Shown here piece after piece: positions 39,438 to 52,338 of a stretch of DNA of 64,000 nt. Position numbers and translations under genes: made by a program. The notes under the pieces are model-generated. The model was not told the DNA's origin. It saw nothing but the letters and a program-made list of their open reading frames with translations, and did no database searches. The DNA lies in assembly GCA_035560235.1 (NCBI GenBank), contig DATMAG010000040.1:1461-65460 (forward strand), read 5' to 3'. Source of the DNA: Blastocatellia bacterium (GTDB taxonomy: Bacteria; Acidobacteriota; Blastocatellia; RBC074). The stretch's first letter is position 1; each line of letters begins with the position of its first letter.

Positions 39438-40834
39438 TGCAGACGAAATATTTTATTGAACTGACTTATCTGGCTGCTTCGATTCTCTTCATTTATGGAT
39501 TGAAGGCGCTCAGTCATCCCAAAACGGCGCGCAAGGGCATGAACAGCGCGGCGCTCGGCATGCTGGTCGCTATTGTCGGCACGCTGCTGCACCAGGACAT
39601 CATCAATTACACCTGGATCATCACCGGCCTGATCATCGGCGGAATGATCGGCGCGGCGATGTCCATCTGGATGCCGATGACCGCGATGCCTCAACGAACC
39701 GCGCTCTCGCACGCCTTCGGCGCGCTCGCGGCATCGCTTGTGGGCATTTCGGAGTATTACCGCGAAGTCGTGGCGGTGGGCGATCACATGGGCCATCTGC
39801 CGACTTACAAAATGGCGGCGCTCGGCTTTGAAGTGCTCTTCGGCAGTCTGACCGTGACGGGCAGTCTGCTCGCCTTCGCCAAACTGCAGGAGATGATGCG
39901 CGGCACGCCGATCACTTACAAGGGGCAGAACTTCATCAATGTCACGCTGTTTCTGGTCGCTGCCGGAATTTTCATTTATCTGATTTTCGATCCGACGGCG
40001 AGCACGCTTTTTTACGTAATGGTCGGACTGTCGTTTCTGTTCGGTGTGCTGCTGGTGCTGCCGATTGGTTCGGCGGATATGCCGGTCGTGATGTCGCTGA
40101 TGAATTCGTATGCAGGTCTGGCATCGGCGGCAACGGGGTTTGCCATCGGCAACAACGTGCTGATCATTGCCGGAACACTGGATGGCTTTTCGGGTTTTAT
40201 CCTTTCCATCCTGATGTGCCGCGCGATGAACCGCTCAGTCACCAACGTGCTGTTCGGCGCGTTCGGCTCGCCCATCGAAGATACCTCAGCGCTGGCCGGA
40301 GGAGTGATGCGCGAAGTGAGCGCTGAAGACGTGGCCGTGCAGCTTGCCTACGCCCGTCAGGTGGTCTTTGTGCCGGGCTACGGCATGGCAACCGCGCAGG
40401 CGCAGCACGCCGTGCGTGAACTGGCCGACGTGCTGGAACACAAGGGCGTCATAGTCAAATATGCCATTCATCCGGTAGCCGGACGCATGCCAGGTCACAT
40501 GAACGTGCTGCTCGCGGAAGCCAATGTTCCCTATTCGCAGCTCTATGAGCTTGAGCAGATTAACCCGGAAATGCCCGCGACTGATGTTTCCGTTGTGATC
40601 GGAGCCAATGACGTAGTCAACCCTGACGCGCGCGACAATCCGAAAAGCCCGATTGCCGGAATGCCGATCATCGAAGTGGACAAGTCTTCTTCGGTGATCG
40701 TGCTCAAGCGCGGCAAGGGCAAGGGGTTTTCAGGGCTGGAAAATCCGCTCTTTTTCAAGGCGAACACAGGCATGCTGTATGGCGACGCCAAGGCCTCGCT
40801 GACCAGACTCGCCCAGGCCGTGCAGCAGGCCTGA
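39437..40834 (+). CDS. pntB: NAD(P) transhydrogenase subunit beta (PntB)
   Basis: An N-terminal multi-TM region is followed by a C-terminal dIII NADP(H)-binding domain, VPGYGMATAQAQH...GANDVVNP. The protein is 465 aa. Confidence 0.92.
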   Translation: MQTKYFIELTYLAASILFIYGLKALSHPKTARKGMNSAALGMLVAIVGTLLHQDIINYTWIITGLIIGGMIGAAMSIWMPMTAMPQRTALSHAFGALAASLVGISEYYREVVAVGDHMGHLPTYKMAALGFEVLFGSLTVTGSLLAFAKLQEMMRGTPITYKGQNFINVTLFLVAAGIFIYLIFDPTASTLFYVMVGLSFLFGVLLVLPIGSADMPVVMSLMNSYAGLASAATGFAIGNNVLIIAGTLDGFSGFILSILMCRAMNRSVTNVLFGAFGSPIEDTSALAGGVMREVSAEDVAVQLAYARQVVFVPGYGMATAQAQHAVRELADVLEHKGVIVKYAIHPVAGRMPGHMNVLLAEANVPYSQLYELEQINPEMPATDVSVVIGANDVVNPDARDNPKSPIAGMPIIEVDKSSSVIVLKRGKGKGFSGLENPLFFKANTGMLYGDAKASLTRLAQAVQQA

Positions 40835-40896
40835 ATTGCTTCAATTTATCCTGCCTTCCCGCCACAGCCCCTGACCTGTGGCGGGGGTTGATCTGT

Positions 40897-40926
40897 TTGA
40901 CATTTCCCGTCACTGGTCACTATAAT
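40897..40926 (+). promoter_or_regulatory. Near-consensus sigma70 promoter TTGACA-18-TATAAT upstream of mutS2, preceded by the pntB terminator hairpin cgccacag/ctgtggcg
   Basis: TTGACA is at 40897-40902 and TATAAT at 40921-40926. The mutS2 ATG lies 45 nt downstream. Confidence 0.45.
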
Positions 40927-40970
40927 TTCGCGCTTTCCGTCAGACTGCCCCGGATCCTTATTTCCCCCGG

Positions 40971-43415
40971 ATGCTGATTCACAATTTGCAGATGCGCCGT
41001 CAGGCTTTCGACACTCTGGAATTTGACAAGCTGAAGGAATCTCTGCTGCGACTGGCCCGTACCCCGCTCGGGGCCGCGCGCGTCGAGGGTTTGACCACTT
41101 CAGACGATGTCGAAACGATCACTCGCGAACTGAAACAGACGAGTGAAGGGGTCGAATATTTGCGTGAAGGGACAGCCTTTGATTTCAGCGACCTGCCCGA
41201 TCCAGGTCCGGCTCTGGCCAGGCTGAACGTCGCGGACATCAATCTTGAACCTCGTGACATTCTTGATCTGCTGCGCCTGATGTCGGTCGCTTCAGGATTG
41301 CGTGAGACTTTCCGCGATGAGGCAGCGCGCTTTCCGCTGCTGCGAGAGATCACTAAGGACATTGCCAACCTGCGCTCGCTTGAACAGCGGCTCCGGTCAC
41401 GCATTCACCCGGACGGCGAGATTGATGATTTTGCCAGCCCGGAACTGCGCGAAGCCCGATATCAGATGACGCAGGTGCGCAGCCACATTCAGCGCTCGCT
41501 CGAAAGAATTCTCAAACAGGCCGAAGCTGATCACGCTCTGCGCGATGATTTCGTCACCATTCGCAATGAGCGTTATGTCATCCCGATTCGCAATGACAAT
41601 CGCGGCGCAGTCGCGGGCGTGGTTCACGGGATGTCGTCATCAGGTCAGACAGCCTTCATCGAACCGCTCGAAACGATTGAACTCAACAACGACCTCGTCC
41701 GGCTGCGCGAGGTTGAGCAGGCCGAGATCACTAAAGTTCTTTTCAAAATCACCGAAGAGCTGAGAGATGAGCGCACAGCACTTCAGCACATGGCCGAAGC
41801 CGTCGGCCTGGTGGATTTCATCGCGGCCAAAGCGCGGCTCTCCATTCAGCACGACGCCATCGAGCCGAAAATCAATGAATCCGGGCGGATGTTTTTGAAA
41901 GACGCGCGGCATCCGCTGCTGGAGGAAAATCTGAAGGCGCAGAACCTCAGAATCGTGCCGATTTCGCTGGAGCTTGATGCCGATCATCGCGTCATGGTCA
42001 TCAGCGGGCCGAACGCCGGCGGCAAGACTGTCGTGCTCAAAACTGCCGGGCTGCTCGCGCTGATGGCGCAGGCCGGATTGCACGTTCCGGCGACCGATGC
42101 CGATCTGCCGATTTTTCATCAGGTGCTGGCCGACATTGGCGATCATCAGTCAATCGCCGCCAATCTTTCGACCTTCACCGCGCACCTTGAAAACATTCGC
42201 GACATCAGCAGCACGCTCGCACCGCCTGCCCTGATTCTGCTTGACGAAGTCGGCACGGGCACTGACCCCGAAGAAGGTTCAGCGCTCGGCGTGGCGATGG
42301 TTGACTACTTCCGCGAACGCGGCGCGCACGTGATGGTCACAACTCATTACAGCGGGCTGAAGATGTACGCGACCAATTCGCCCGGTGTCATCAATGCCAG
42401 CGTTGAATTCGATGAACGAACGCTGAGGCCGACCTATCATCTGCTGGTCGGGCTGGCCGGTTCGTCTTCGGGAATCGAAATCGCCCGGCGCTTCGGGATG
42501 CCTGCCGAAATTACCGAACGCGCAGCGGCGCAGGTCAAGGGCTCGACGACCGAAGCGACCGAATACCTGCGGCGACTGAAGGCGCAGCGCGACCAGCAGC
42601 AGCAGATGCTGGCCGCCATTGAGGAAGAACGCGCCGCAGTGGCGAAGAAATACGCCGAACTGGAAAAGGAATTTCAGCAGCGCGAGCGCGAACGCGAAAA
42701 GGAATTTCGCGCTGAACTGCAAAAGGTCGTTGATGAGTTCGTGGCCAAAGCCGAAAAGTTTGCCGCGAATATCGAAAACGCCCCTGACTCCCGCAAGGCC
42801 CGCAGGGAAACCGAACGCCGCGCAGCCGAATTGCGCAGCGCGGCCACCTCCGCGCTCTTTGAAATGAAGCGTCACGCTCCGGGCACGCAGAATCAGCCCG
42901 AACCGGCAAGCGAGGAAACCGCGCCTGCCGAAGCACGAGACTTTCAGCCCGGCGACCGTGTGCTGGTGCTGTCGCTCGACAAGGAAGGCGTTGTTGAATC
43001 GGTCAGCGAACAGGAAATCGGCGTTCAGGTCGGCGCGCTGCGCTTCCGCGAACAGCCTGAAAACCTGCGGCTGATTCAGACCGGCAAGCCGTCCGGCAAA
43101 CCGCAGGCGCGCGGCATCAGCGTGCTGCCCAAAGGCGTTTCGGTGTCATTGCAGGAACAGCCGGAACTGCAAAGCAGCGAACTCAATGTCATCGGCAAAA
43201 CTGCCGCTGAGGCGACCGACGCGGCAGACAAGTTCCTGGATGCGGCTTATCTCAGTAACTATGATCGCGTCCGCATCGTTCACGGGATGGGGATGGGCGC
43301 GCTCAGAAAGGCCATTGCCACGCTGCTTTCAGGTCATCCGCACGTGGCAAAGTTTTATCCCGCAGCCGCCAGTGAGGGCGGCAATGGAGCCACGATTGTT
43401 GAATTGAAGAAATAA
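40971..43415 (+). CDS. mutS2: Endonuclease MutS2 (MutS domain + C-terminal Smr domain)
   Basis: Walker A is [17 protein letters not shown] and [12 protein letters not shown] is present. The C-terminal Smr reads [11 protein letters not shown]...[16 protein letters not shown]. The protein is 814 aa. The start could alternatively be the internal ATG at 40992. Confidence 0.9.
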   Translation: MLIHNLQMRRQAFDTLEFDKLKESLLRLARTPLGAARVEGLTTSDDVETITRELKQTSEGVEYLREGTAFDFSDLPDPGPALARLNVADINLEPRDILDLLRLMSVASGLRETFRDEAARFPLLREITKDIANLRSLEQRLRSRIHPDGEIDDFASPELREARYQMTQVRSHIQRSLERILKQAEADHALRDDFVTIRNERYVIPIRNDNRGAVAGVVHGMSSSGQTAFIEPLETIELNNDLVRLREVEQAEITKVLFKITEELRDERTALQHMAEAVGLVDFIAAKARLSIQHDAIEPKINESGRMFLKDARHPLLEENLKAQNLRIVPISLELDADHRVMVISGPNAGGKTVVLKTAGLLALMAQAGLHVPATDADLPIFHQVLADIGDHQSIAANLSTFTAHLENIRDISSTLAPPALILLDEVGTGTDPEEGSALGVAMVDYFRERGAHVMVTTHYSGLKMYATNSPGVINASVEFDERTLRPTYHLLVGLAGSSSGIEIARRFGMPAEITERAAAQVKGSTTEATEYLRRLKAQRDQQQQMLAAIEEERAAVAKKYAELEKEFQQREREREKEFRAELQKVVDEFVAKAEKFAANIENAPDSRKARRETERRAAELRSAATSALFEMKRHAPGTQNQPEPASEETAPAEARDFQPGDRVLVLSLDKEGVVESVSEQEIGVQVGALRFREQPENLRLIQTGKPSGKPQARGISVLPKGVSVSLQEQPELQSSELNVIGKTAAEATDAADKFLDAAYLSNYDRVRIVHGMGMGALRKAIATLLSGHPHVAKFYPAAASEGGNGATIVELKK

Positions 43416-43545
43416 ACCTGACGGCAGTCCCGCGCAAACGGCTGGGACAAACGCTCGATTGCGCTTTTCTATCAGGTTACAGACCATTTCTACTGATTAA
43501 CGGATCACTGGGCACTGACAAATCTGACTGGCTGCCCCGTCTGAC

Positions 43546-45351
43546 ATGCGAATTCCGCGCGGCTTCAGCGATGAATTACGAAATCAGGCCGACATTGTGC
43601 GGATCGTTTCTGATTACGTGACCCTGAAAAAAAAAGGGCGCGACTATGCCGCCTGCTGCCCTTTCCATCACGAAAAAACGCCGAGCTTTTATGTCAGCCA
43701 GACCAGGCAGTTTTACAAATGTTTCGGCTGCGGCGAATTCGGCAACGTCTTTGATTTCGTGATCAAAATGGAAGGCTGCTCGTTCCCTGAAGCAGTGCAG
43801 ATCGTCGCAGACAAAAGCGGCGTGCCGGTTCCGGTCGTCGAAACTTCGCCGGATTACGAAGCCCGCAACCGCGACCGCGAAGACATTCGCCAGCTCAACC
43901 AGTGGGCAACCGAGTTCTTTGAAAGCAGTCTCACCGATTCCGCCGAAGGCCGCCGCGCGCTTGATTACCTTGAGCAGCGCGGCGTGAGCGAAGAAACGCG
44001 ACGGCAGTTTCGCCTGGGTTATGCGCCCAATTCCTGGGATGCGCTCAGCAGTTTTCTGGCCCGGCGCGGCGCGACCCGCCAGCAGATCGAACGCAGCGGC
44101 CTCGTGACGCTCAAGGACAGCGGCGGTTATTACGACAAATTTCGCGGGCGGCTGATGTTTCCGATCTGCGATGCGCAGGGCCGCGTAGTGGCTTTCGGAG
44201 GGCGCATGCTGGGCGAAGGCGAGCCGAAATATCTCAATTCGCCCGAAACCGCGCTCTACACGAAGGGGCAGCATCTGTTCGGCCTCGCGCAGGCAAAGGA
44301 TTACATCCGGCGTCAGGGCTTTGCGATTCTGGTCGAAGGTTATCTGGATTTTCTGATTCCCTTTCAGCACGGCGTCAGAAATCTTGTTGCCAGCCTTGGC
44401 ACGGCACTGACTGAACAGCAGGTACGGCTGATCGGGCGCTACAGCGAAAAGCGGCAGATCGTGGTCAACTTCGACCCTGACAATGCAGGCGTCAATGCGA
44501 CGAAGCGCAGCCTGGAAATGCTGCTGACGCAGGGTTTCAGAGTCAACGTGCTGACGCTGCCTGACAACCTTGACCCCGATGAGTACATCAGAGCAAGCGG
44601 CCCGGAGGCATACAGGGCGCTCTTAAAAAGCTCTCAGCCGTTCCTTGATTACATCGTGGATCAGGCAGTCAAAGAGAACGATCTGACGCGCCCGGCAGGC
44701 AAAGTCGAAACGCTCAATGCGATTCTGCCGTATATGAAGCTGGTCAGCGACCGGGTCGAACTGGCTGAACACTGCGAACGCATCGCTGACCGCCTGAAGA
44801 TTGACAGCAGACTGATTCGTGATGAATTGAAGAAGGCTGCCACGAACCGGCAGGATCGGGTCAGTGAACGAGCCGTGCGGGCGACACTCATCATCAAGCC
44901 TGCTGAACGGAAGTTGCTTGAAATTCTGTTGAATTACCCTGAAGTGCGAAGGCTGATCCTCAGAGAAATCAGACCAGAGGATTACGCCACTTTACGCACC
45001 AGAGAGCTGTTCCGCCTGATGGCGGAGTTTGAAAATCAGAGAATTGATCCGTCATTCGCCGAACTGAGCAGCCGACTTGTTGATGACACCGACCTGGCGC
45101 AGGATTTGCTGCCTCGACTGATGCTAAATGGAACTTCGGCGATTGACACGACTGAAGAACTGAAGCGTCTTGAACGCGAAGCGCTGGAATCACTCAGAGG
45201 TCTGCGCTTCACCCTGCTGACCGAGCAGCAGGCGGCGTTACAGGCAGAGATCAATGAAGCCCAGCGCGCAGGCGATCTGGCACGAGTCAGCGAACTGACA
45301 ATGCGCAAATTTGAACTGGCCAGACAGGAACGCGCGCTTGGGCAGGCGTGA
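43546..45351 (+). CDS. dnaG: DNA primase DnaG
   Basis: The CHC2 zinc finger is [14 protein letters not shown]...[14 protein letters not shown]. The TOPRIM region is [13 protein letters not shown]...NFDPDNAG. It has the classic dnaG-rpoD arrangement. Confidence 0.95.
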   Translation: MRIPRGFSDELRNQADIVRIVSDYVTLKKKGRDYAACCPFHHEKTPSFYVSQTRQFYKCFGCGEFGNVFDFVIKMEGCSFPEAVQIVADKSGVPVPVVETSPDYEARNRDREDIRQLNQWATEFFESSLTDSAEGRRALDYLEQRGVSEETRRQFRLGYAPNSWDALSSFLARRGATRQQIERSGLVTLKDSGGYYDKFRGRLMFPICDAQGRVVAFGGRMLGEGEPKYLNSPETALYTKGQHLFGLAQAKDYIRRQGFAILVEGYLDFLIPFQHGVRNLVASLGTALTEQQVRLIGRYSEKRQIVVNFDPDNAGVNATKRSLEMLLTQGFRVNVLTLPDNLDPDEYIRASGPEAYRALLKSSQPFLDYIVDQAVKENDLTRPAGKVETLNAILPYMKLVSDRVELAEHCERIADRLKIDSRLIRDELKKAATNRQDRVSERAVRATLIIKPAERKLLEILLNYPEVRRLILREIRPEDYATLRTRELFRLMAEFENQRIDPSFAELSSRLVDDTDLAQDLLPRLMLNGTSAIDTTEELKRLEREALESLRGLRFTLLTEQQAALQAEINEAQRAGDLARVSELTMRKFELARQERALGQA

Positions 45352-45491
45352 TGACAATTACAGTCGGCGGGCGGCAATCTGAACAGGTAATTATTTCTGC
45401 TGCCGCGACCGAAACTGAAAAAGAACAAGTGAACCTCAACCAGGATGATTGAGGCCGGTCGGACAATCCCCTGGTGAAAGGAGCAATCAAA

Positions 45492-47195
<1,704 letters not shown>

Positions 47196-47217
47196 GCGCG
47201 GAGAAAACTTCAAAGCA

Positions 47218-48027
47218 ATGCAGCCTCAGTTCCCGAAAAGTGAACTGAGGCTGTTTTTATTGATGGCAGACAAACCTGCCGAAGGCTCCGTCTTGTCAGT
47301 CTATCAGGCAATGAATAGAATCGAGGCATTGAACAATCCGGAAGCAGGAGTGATTTTGATGATACCAGTCGCCACCAACTACCTTGACGCCATCGCTCAT
47401 CTGCCGGAAGGCGGAACGCTCACCTTTCAGCACGTTCCCTGGACAGAGTACGAGCAACTACTCGAAGACCTCGGGGCTGGTTATCGCGTGCGCGTCACCT
47501 ATGATCATGGGAGGCTGGAAATTATGAGTCCGCTGCCGATTCACGAAAGACAGAAGGAATTTATCTCTCACCTGATGCGAGTGCTGACTGAAGAACTCGG
47601 GCTTGATCTGGAATGTCTCGGCTCGACGACATACAAACAGGAAGAGGCCCTGCAGGGGCTGGAACCGGACACCTGCTTTTACATTCAGCACGCTGTGCAG
47701 GTTATCGGCAAAAGGATTTTCGATCTCAGCCTTGATCCCGCTCCGGACATTGCAGTTGAGATTGATGTCACGAGCGAATCGCTCAGTCGCTTTCACATCT
47801 ACGCATCGCTCGGCGTGCCGGAACTGTGGCGATACGATGAAGAGCAGTTTGAAATTTACCACCTCTCCGGCTCGGATTATGTTGAATCGCCCCGCAGCCT
47901 CGCTTTTCCCTTTCTGACCAGCGAAGTGTTGTTTCAGTTTCTGGAGCGCAGCCGGAACGAGGGCCAGAGCGCAGCGCTCAGAGCCTTCCGCGAGTGGGTC
48001 AGGGCAAACTATCCCTCTGCTTCCTGA
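47218..48027 (+). CDS. Uma2-family (DUF820) PD-(D/E)xK endonuclease
   Basis: The Uma2 core reads [32 protein letters not shown], compare PDLVVEVLSPST...Y...GVPEYWLVD. The start is ATG 47218, just after the rpoD stop with a GGAGAAAA RBS. The track ORF extends to 46873 only by overlapping rpoD out of frame. Confidence 0.75.
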   Translation: MQPQFPKSELRLFLLMADKPAEGSVLSVYQAMNRIEALNNPEAGVILMIPVATNYLDAIAHLPEGGTLTFQHVPWTEYEQLLEDLGAGYRVRVTYDHGRLEIMSPLPIHERQKEFISHLMRVLTEELGLDLECLGSTTYKQEEALQGLEPDTCFYIQHAVQVIGKRIFDLSLDPAPDIAVEIDVTSESLSRFHIYASLGVPELWRYDEEQFEIYHLSGSDYVESPRSLAFPFLTSEVLFQFLERSRNEGQSAALRAFREWVRANYPSAS

Positions 48028-48064
48028 AACCGCTGCTGGACATCTTCCTGCTTTCCTTTGCTCA

Positions 48065-50248
48065 TCACTTTTCCGGTGCAACATTCTGCCTGGCAGAGGA
48101 TTCAGTCTGCCGCGCGAAATATCCATGGGCCGTGACCAGTACGACATCGCCTGTGCGTTTCTGCGCCGCTGGTTTGAGTTTCAGTTTGAGCTTATGAAAT
48201 CTGTCTCCTGAAGTGTGCGGGACGGGGCTGAAACCGATGACGTAGCGATCCTGCAAATGTTCGAGCAGCCGGGCCATCTGCTCACTCGTCGCTTCGCCAT
48301 CCGCGCGGCTTAACGTGCCGCCTGAACTGCTTACCAGGCGGGTGAAGTTGCGATCCCTCAACAGCGTATCAAGAGCGACTTCGGTTCCCAGTCTGGTTCC
48401 AAGACTGACGGCGAATGAAACCGGATTGCCGAAGCTGAGGAGAGCCGATTCAACGACAGCGCGCGTGACCTTGCCTTTACGCGATGGTCTGTCGCCCCGG
48501 GCCACCAGCGCGTAGATCGAGCAACTGGTTTCAGAAATGAACTCAGCAACCGGCTCAATGACGGATGAATTGAATGATCGGGTGTCATCGGTCACCACTA
48601 CGATGACACGGCGACCGAGCGGATCAGCCGTCTTGTCGAGTTGTTCGACGGCCTGAAAAACTGCGCCGACTCGATCCTGTCCGCCGCCGATGTCAAGCTT
48701 TCTGGCGTCTTCAGTAAAGTTCCGCAGTCGGCTGGCGATCACTTTGTGGTCGCGGGTGAAGTCCTGAACGAGAGCGGCCCTGCCGCTGAAGGCCATCAGT
48801 GCGATTTCATCAACCGGGCCAAGTCTGCTCAGCCAGAATCTGGCGCTGCGGCGAAGCGCCGAGAGCGCATAGCCTGTATTCCCGGCGACATCCACCAGCA
48901 GTACCAGCGACAGCGGCGTCTCGCCCTGACGAAAGTAAACCAGCGGCTGTCTGGCGCTGTTGTCTTCAACTTCGAAATCGTCAGCACCGAGATTCGTCAC
49001 CGCCGCGCCGGTCTTTCTGCTGAGAGCCTGCACATCAAGTGTAATCAGATGTGCCAGCGGATTGACGACTCTGCGCCGTCGGGTGGCAGCAGGCGCAGAC
49101 AGGTTTGCCCCGGCAGGGTCGGAAGCCGGGGTTGTCACATTACCGGAGGTTGCCACAGCGTTTGCATCGTTCTTTGTTTCAGCCACCGCCGGACCTGATG
49201 CGGTTTCCGCCTTGCTGTTTTCAGCGCCAGCTTCGGCCAGCGTCTGTTCAAGCTCTCTGTCGATCGCGTAATAACCCCGTCTGGCATTGATGACGCACTC
49301 GCCTCCGAGACGATTCTTAGCTTCAGGCGTGAGCGAGATTCTGATGCGGCGGAATCTGCCGTTGAAATCCTGGCTGGTTGGCGTATAACCCAGACTGTAA
49401 CAATGGCGCAGCCGATCAATCATCTGGCTGAGGCGAATATTGATTGTCTCCTTGCTGGCCGCCGTCATTTCACCGCCGGAGAGTTCGACGTAAGGATTGA
49501 CGCTGGTGCGTTTGATTACTTCCTGCAGCGCGGGATGCTGAAACATAATCCCGTCCAGCAGATTGATGAATGAACGGGAGATCACTCCGCAAAAGGTCGC
49601 GCCTGATTCGATGACAGCGTCTCTCACTTCAGCCTCGGAAATGTTTTCATGCTGGCGCGACATCGAACCCTGATTATCCGTAATGACGATCACCACCCGG
49701 CGGCTGTTCGGAATTGTGGCGTGTTTGAACTGACGGGCGGCTTTGGCGATGGCTTCGTGAATGAGCGTGCCGGAGCCGTTCTTTTCCAGCGCCGGACCAA
49801 GACTGGAAAGAATCAGCGCGCGATCTTTCGTGAAATCCTGAATCAGTTCCGTCCAGCCGGAAAAAACCATCAACGCGATTTCGTCTTCGGGTTTCAGTTG
49901 CTGCAACGCCTGCAACGCACCATTGCGAATCTCTTCGATCACCGGACGGACGCTCGGGCTGATGTCGAGCAGCAGTACGATGGACAACGGCAGCTTGTCC
50001 TGACTGAAGTATTCGATCTGCTGTTTTGCATCGTCCTCAAAGAGTTCAAAATCCTGCACCCGGAGATTTCGGACAATTTCACGCGTCTTTTTGTCAGTTA
50101 CCTGCGCGTCAACAGTGACCAGTTCGGTTCTGACTTTGACGATTTCCTGCGCCGGACTTTCAGCCTGTTGCGCCAGCGCGCAGACTGAAATGAGCAGCAG
50201 TGAAATTGCGGCAAGGCTGAAGGAGCAACGGGCCTGAGCATAGTTCAC
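48065..50248 (-). CDS. Secreted tandem-VWA protein (two von Willebrand factor A domains; acidobacterial VWFA-type)
   Basis: It has a signal peptide. Two VWA blocks read LSIVLLLDISPS...DEIALMVFSG...VVIVITDN and LSLVLLVDVAGN...DEIALMAFSG...VIVVVTDD, each followed by a beta-rich module. Confidence 0.8.
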   Translation of the reverse strand: MNYAQARCSFSLAAISLLLISVCALAQQAESPAQEIVKVRTELVTVDAQVTDKKTREIVRNLRVQDFELFEDDAKQQIEYFSQDKLPLSIVLLLDISPSVRPVIEEIRNGALQALQQLKPEDEIALMVFSGWTELIQDFTKDRALILSSLGPALEKNGSGTLIHEAIAKAARQFKHATIPNSRRVVIVITDNQGSMSRQHENISEAEVRDAVIESGATFCGVISRSFINLLDGIMFQHPALQEVIKRTSVNPYVELSGGEMTAASKETINIRLSQMIDRLRHCYSLGYTPTSQDFNGRFRRIRISLTPEAKNRLGGECVINARRGYYAIDRELEQTLAEAGAENSKAETASGPAVAETKNDANAVATSGNVTTPASDPAGANLSAPAATRRRRVVNPLAHLITLDVQALSRKTGAAVTNLGADDFEVEDNSARQPLVYFRQGETPLSLVLLVDVAGNTGYALSALRRSARFWLSRLGPVDEIALMAFSGRAALVQDFTRDHKVIASRLRNFTEDARKLDIGGGQDRVGAVFQAVEQLDKTADPLGRRVIVVVTDDTRSFNSSVIEPVAEFISETSCSIYALVARGDRPSRKGKVTRAVVESALLSFGNPVSFAVSLGTRLGTEVALDTLLRDRNFTRLVSSSGGTLSRADGEATSEQMARLLEHLQDRYVIGFSPVPHTSGDRFHKLKLKLKPAAQKRTGDVVLVTAHGYFARQTESSARQNVAPEK

Positions 50249-50474
50249 CTCCTGCGAGCGGGTCTGGCTGCAAGGATCCGCATAAGAGGGCGAAATTCGG
50301 ATCTGTGTTGCTGAGTTTTCCGCCGCATCATACTGCCGATATCGTGCGGCGGCAAGACAATGCCCATTTTCTGAAAATGGCAGGCTGTAAGCTGTACTGC
50401 AAATTTATTCTCTCCGGCGCTATCCTTTTCCTGACGATCTGCCTCCATGCAGATGACAAGCGGAGAAAACGCGC

Positions 50475-51074
50475 ATGGCTGCTGAAACCAGACTCGACAA
50501 ACAGCCGGATGAAGTGCTGGTGATGACTGCGATTCTGGGTGATCTGCGCTCGTTTGATGAACTCGTGCAGCGTTACCGGGCAGCGGCCTTTCGCGTGGCG
50601 CGGGCAGTGGCGGGCGCTGAGCTGGCCGAAGATGCCGTGCAGGAGGCGCTGCTGCTGGCTTTTCGGGCGCTGCCTTCGATTGAAGAACCGGCGAGCTTTG
50701 CGGCGTGGCTCTGCGCGATTACGCGGCGCGCCGCATTGCGCATGAGTCAGCACGCGCGCCGGGAAAATGACCGCCGGATCGAACTTGATGAAGCTGTACT
50801 TGAATTCAGCGAGGCGCTGGCGCGCCCTTTCACGCTGCCGGAGTCGTTTGAGAATGACGAAGTCAGAGCCGCTGTTGATTCACTGCCAGCCGCGTACCGG
50901 CTGATCGTGCAGCTGCGGTTTTATGACGAGATGCCGCTCAAACGCATTGCCAGCTTTCTGGATCTGCCGCTGACGACCGTGAAATGGCGGCTGCATCGGG
51001 CGAAGCAACTGGTGCGTGAACAACTGCAACCTGTCAGGGCCGTGCCAGCGCAGCTTGCTGAGGCCGCGCAGTGA
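50475..51074 (+). CDS. ECF-type RNA polymerase sigma factor (sigma-70 regions 2 and 4)
   Basis: Region 2 reads FDELVQRYRAAAFRVARAV...AEDAVQEALLLAFRAL. Region 4 reads YRLIVQLRFYDEMPLKRIASFLDLPLTTVKWRLHRAKQLV. Confidence 0.85.
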   Translation: MAAETRLDKQPDEVLVMTAILGDLRSFDELVQRYRAAAFRVARAVAGAELAEDAVQEALLLAFRALPSIEEPASFAAWLCAITRRAALRMSQHARRENDRRIELDEAVLEFSEALARPFTLPESFENDEVRAAVDSLPAAYRLIVQLRFYDEMPLKRIASFLDLPLTTVKWRLHRAKQLVREQLQPVRAVPAQLAEAAQ

Positions 51075-51102
51075 CTGGTTTCACCGATTCACAGGAGAAT
51101 TT

Positions 51103-51549
51103 ATGGACAGAGAACAGGAACTCAGAAAACTGATCAACGTGCTGCACCGCACTGCCCGCGCCGCCGGTCGGGCGCACTGGATGGAGGCCGGAGAGACCGA
51201 GGCGCGTTATGCGGTCGGCCAGTACAATCGCATTCTCGCGCGACTGACCGAACTCAGTCCCGAGATCAGCACGATCTTTGCGCCGCTCGCCGAAGACAGT
51301 TCGCTGCTGACTGTGGCGATGGCCTGTCGGCAGCTTGTCTCATACTACGAAGACGAAGTGCACTCTGAACACGGCGGCTGGGGCTTTGAAGCCGGGCCGG
51401 TCTTCGGCTTCGGCGTCGGGCGCTGCGGTCCGAAGGATTTCGACTTCGAAGGTCTGGGCAATTTCGTCCGTGACCGGATTCAGGAGGCTGTGCAGGAGTG
51501 GAAGCGACACGAACGCGACTGGCGTGAGGCGCGCAAACCGAAATGTTGA
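51103..51549 (+). CDS. Hypothetical soluble protein encoded immediately downstream of the ECF sigma factor (candidate non-canonical anti-sigma/partner)
   Basis: ATG 51103 follows RBS AGGAG and lies 28 nt after the sigma stop. The protein is 148 aa with no TM segment and no zinc-finger anti-sigma motif. Confidence 0.5.
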   Translation: MDREQELRKLINVLHRTARAAGRAHWMEAGETEARYAVGQYNRILARLTELSPEISTIFAPLAEDSSLLTVAMACRQLVSYYEDEVHSEHGGWGFEAGPVFGFGVGRCGPKDFDFEGLGNFVRDRIQEAVQEWKRHERDWREARKPKC

Positions 51550-51647
51550 TTCACGCCGCTGACCTCGCCAGCCCTGAGCAGATTTCAGATGATCCAGACC
51601 GCGCTGACGCTGTCAGCGCGGTCTGGTCAGTTCCTTCCTGATTCCTT

Positions 51648-52121
51648 TTATCGTTTCACCGCAACTGCCTGCATCTCGAAATGCCCGCCAAGCAGCAGCG
51701 GCCCCGAGCCGATGAAGGCGCGCGCCGGAAAGTTCTGTTTGAAGTAAGTGCGATAGATCGCATTGAACTGATCGAATTTCGTCAGGTCGGGACAGAAGAC
51801 CTGCACCGTGACCAGATCATCCATCGTCATCCCCGCTTCGGCCAGCACCGCCTTGAAATGATCAAGCAGCAGCCGCACTTCCTGATCAATATCATCGGGC
51901 ACCTTGTTTGTCTGCGGATCAATACCGATCCATCCGGCCAGATAGAGCGTGTTGCCCGTCAGCACGGCGTCGCTGAACGGAGCCTGCAGCGGGCGGCCCG
52001 GCAGATTGATGTAACGGCGCGTGACTGATGCGGTCTGTTTCTGTCTGAAAGCGGCGGTGGCAATGGCTCCGCCCGCGAGCGCAGCCAGTAATGCGGCGAT
52101 CAGGATTCGTTTCGCGGTCAT
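51648..52121 (-). CDS. RidA/YjgF (endoribonuclease L-PSP) family protein with N-terminal signal peptide
   Basis: The RidA core reads LYLAGWIGIDPQTNKVPDDIDQEVRLLLDHFKAVLAEAGMTMDDLVTVQVF...FPARAFIGSGPLLLGGHFEMQAVA. The N-terminal leader is LIAALLAALAGGAIA. Confidence 0.8.
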   Translation of the reverse strand: MTAKRILIAALLAALAGGAIATAAFRQKQTASVTRRYINLPGRPLQAPFSDAVLTGNTLYLAGWIGIDPQTNKVPDDIDQEVRLLLDHFKAVLAEAGMTMDDLVTVQVFCPDLTKFDQFNAIYRTYFKQNFPARAFIGSGPLLLGGHFEMQAVAVKR

Positions 52122-52338
52122 CGTGAATCTTCTCCTTTGGTAGTGGAATGGTTCGTGGCTGGAGCGCGGCCATTAGACCACATTCAATGAAGCCTCACCA
52201 GACGCGGCGCGTGCGGGATTTGTGCTGCCGGTGCGTTTGCGCAATTGCCGCCGCTGCGCTCTCTCCTCTACAATGCAGCCTGCCTGTATTTTTCTGAAGT
52301 GCCTGCACCCGATCATCACTGACCAGACTTCCGATTAT

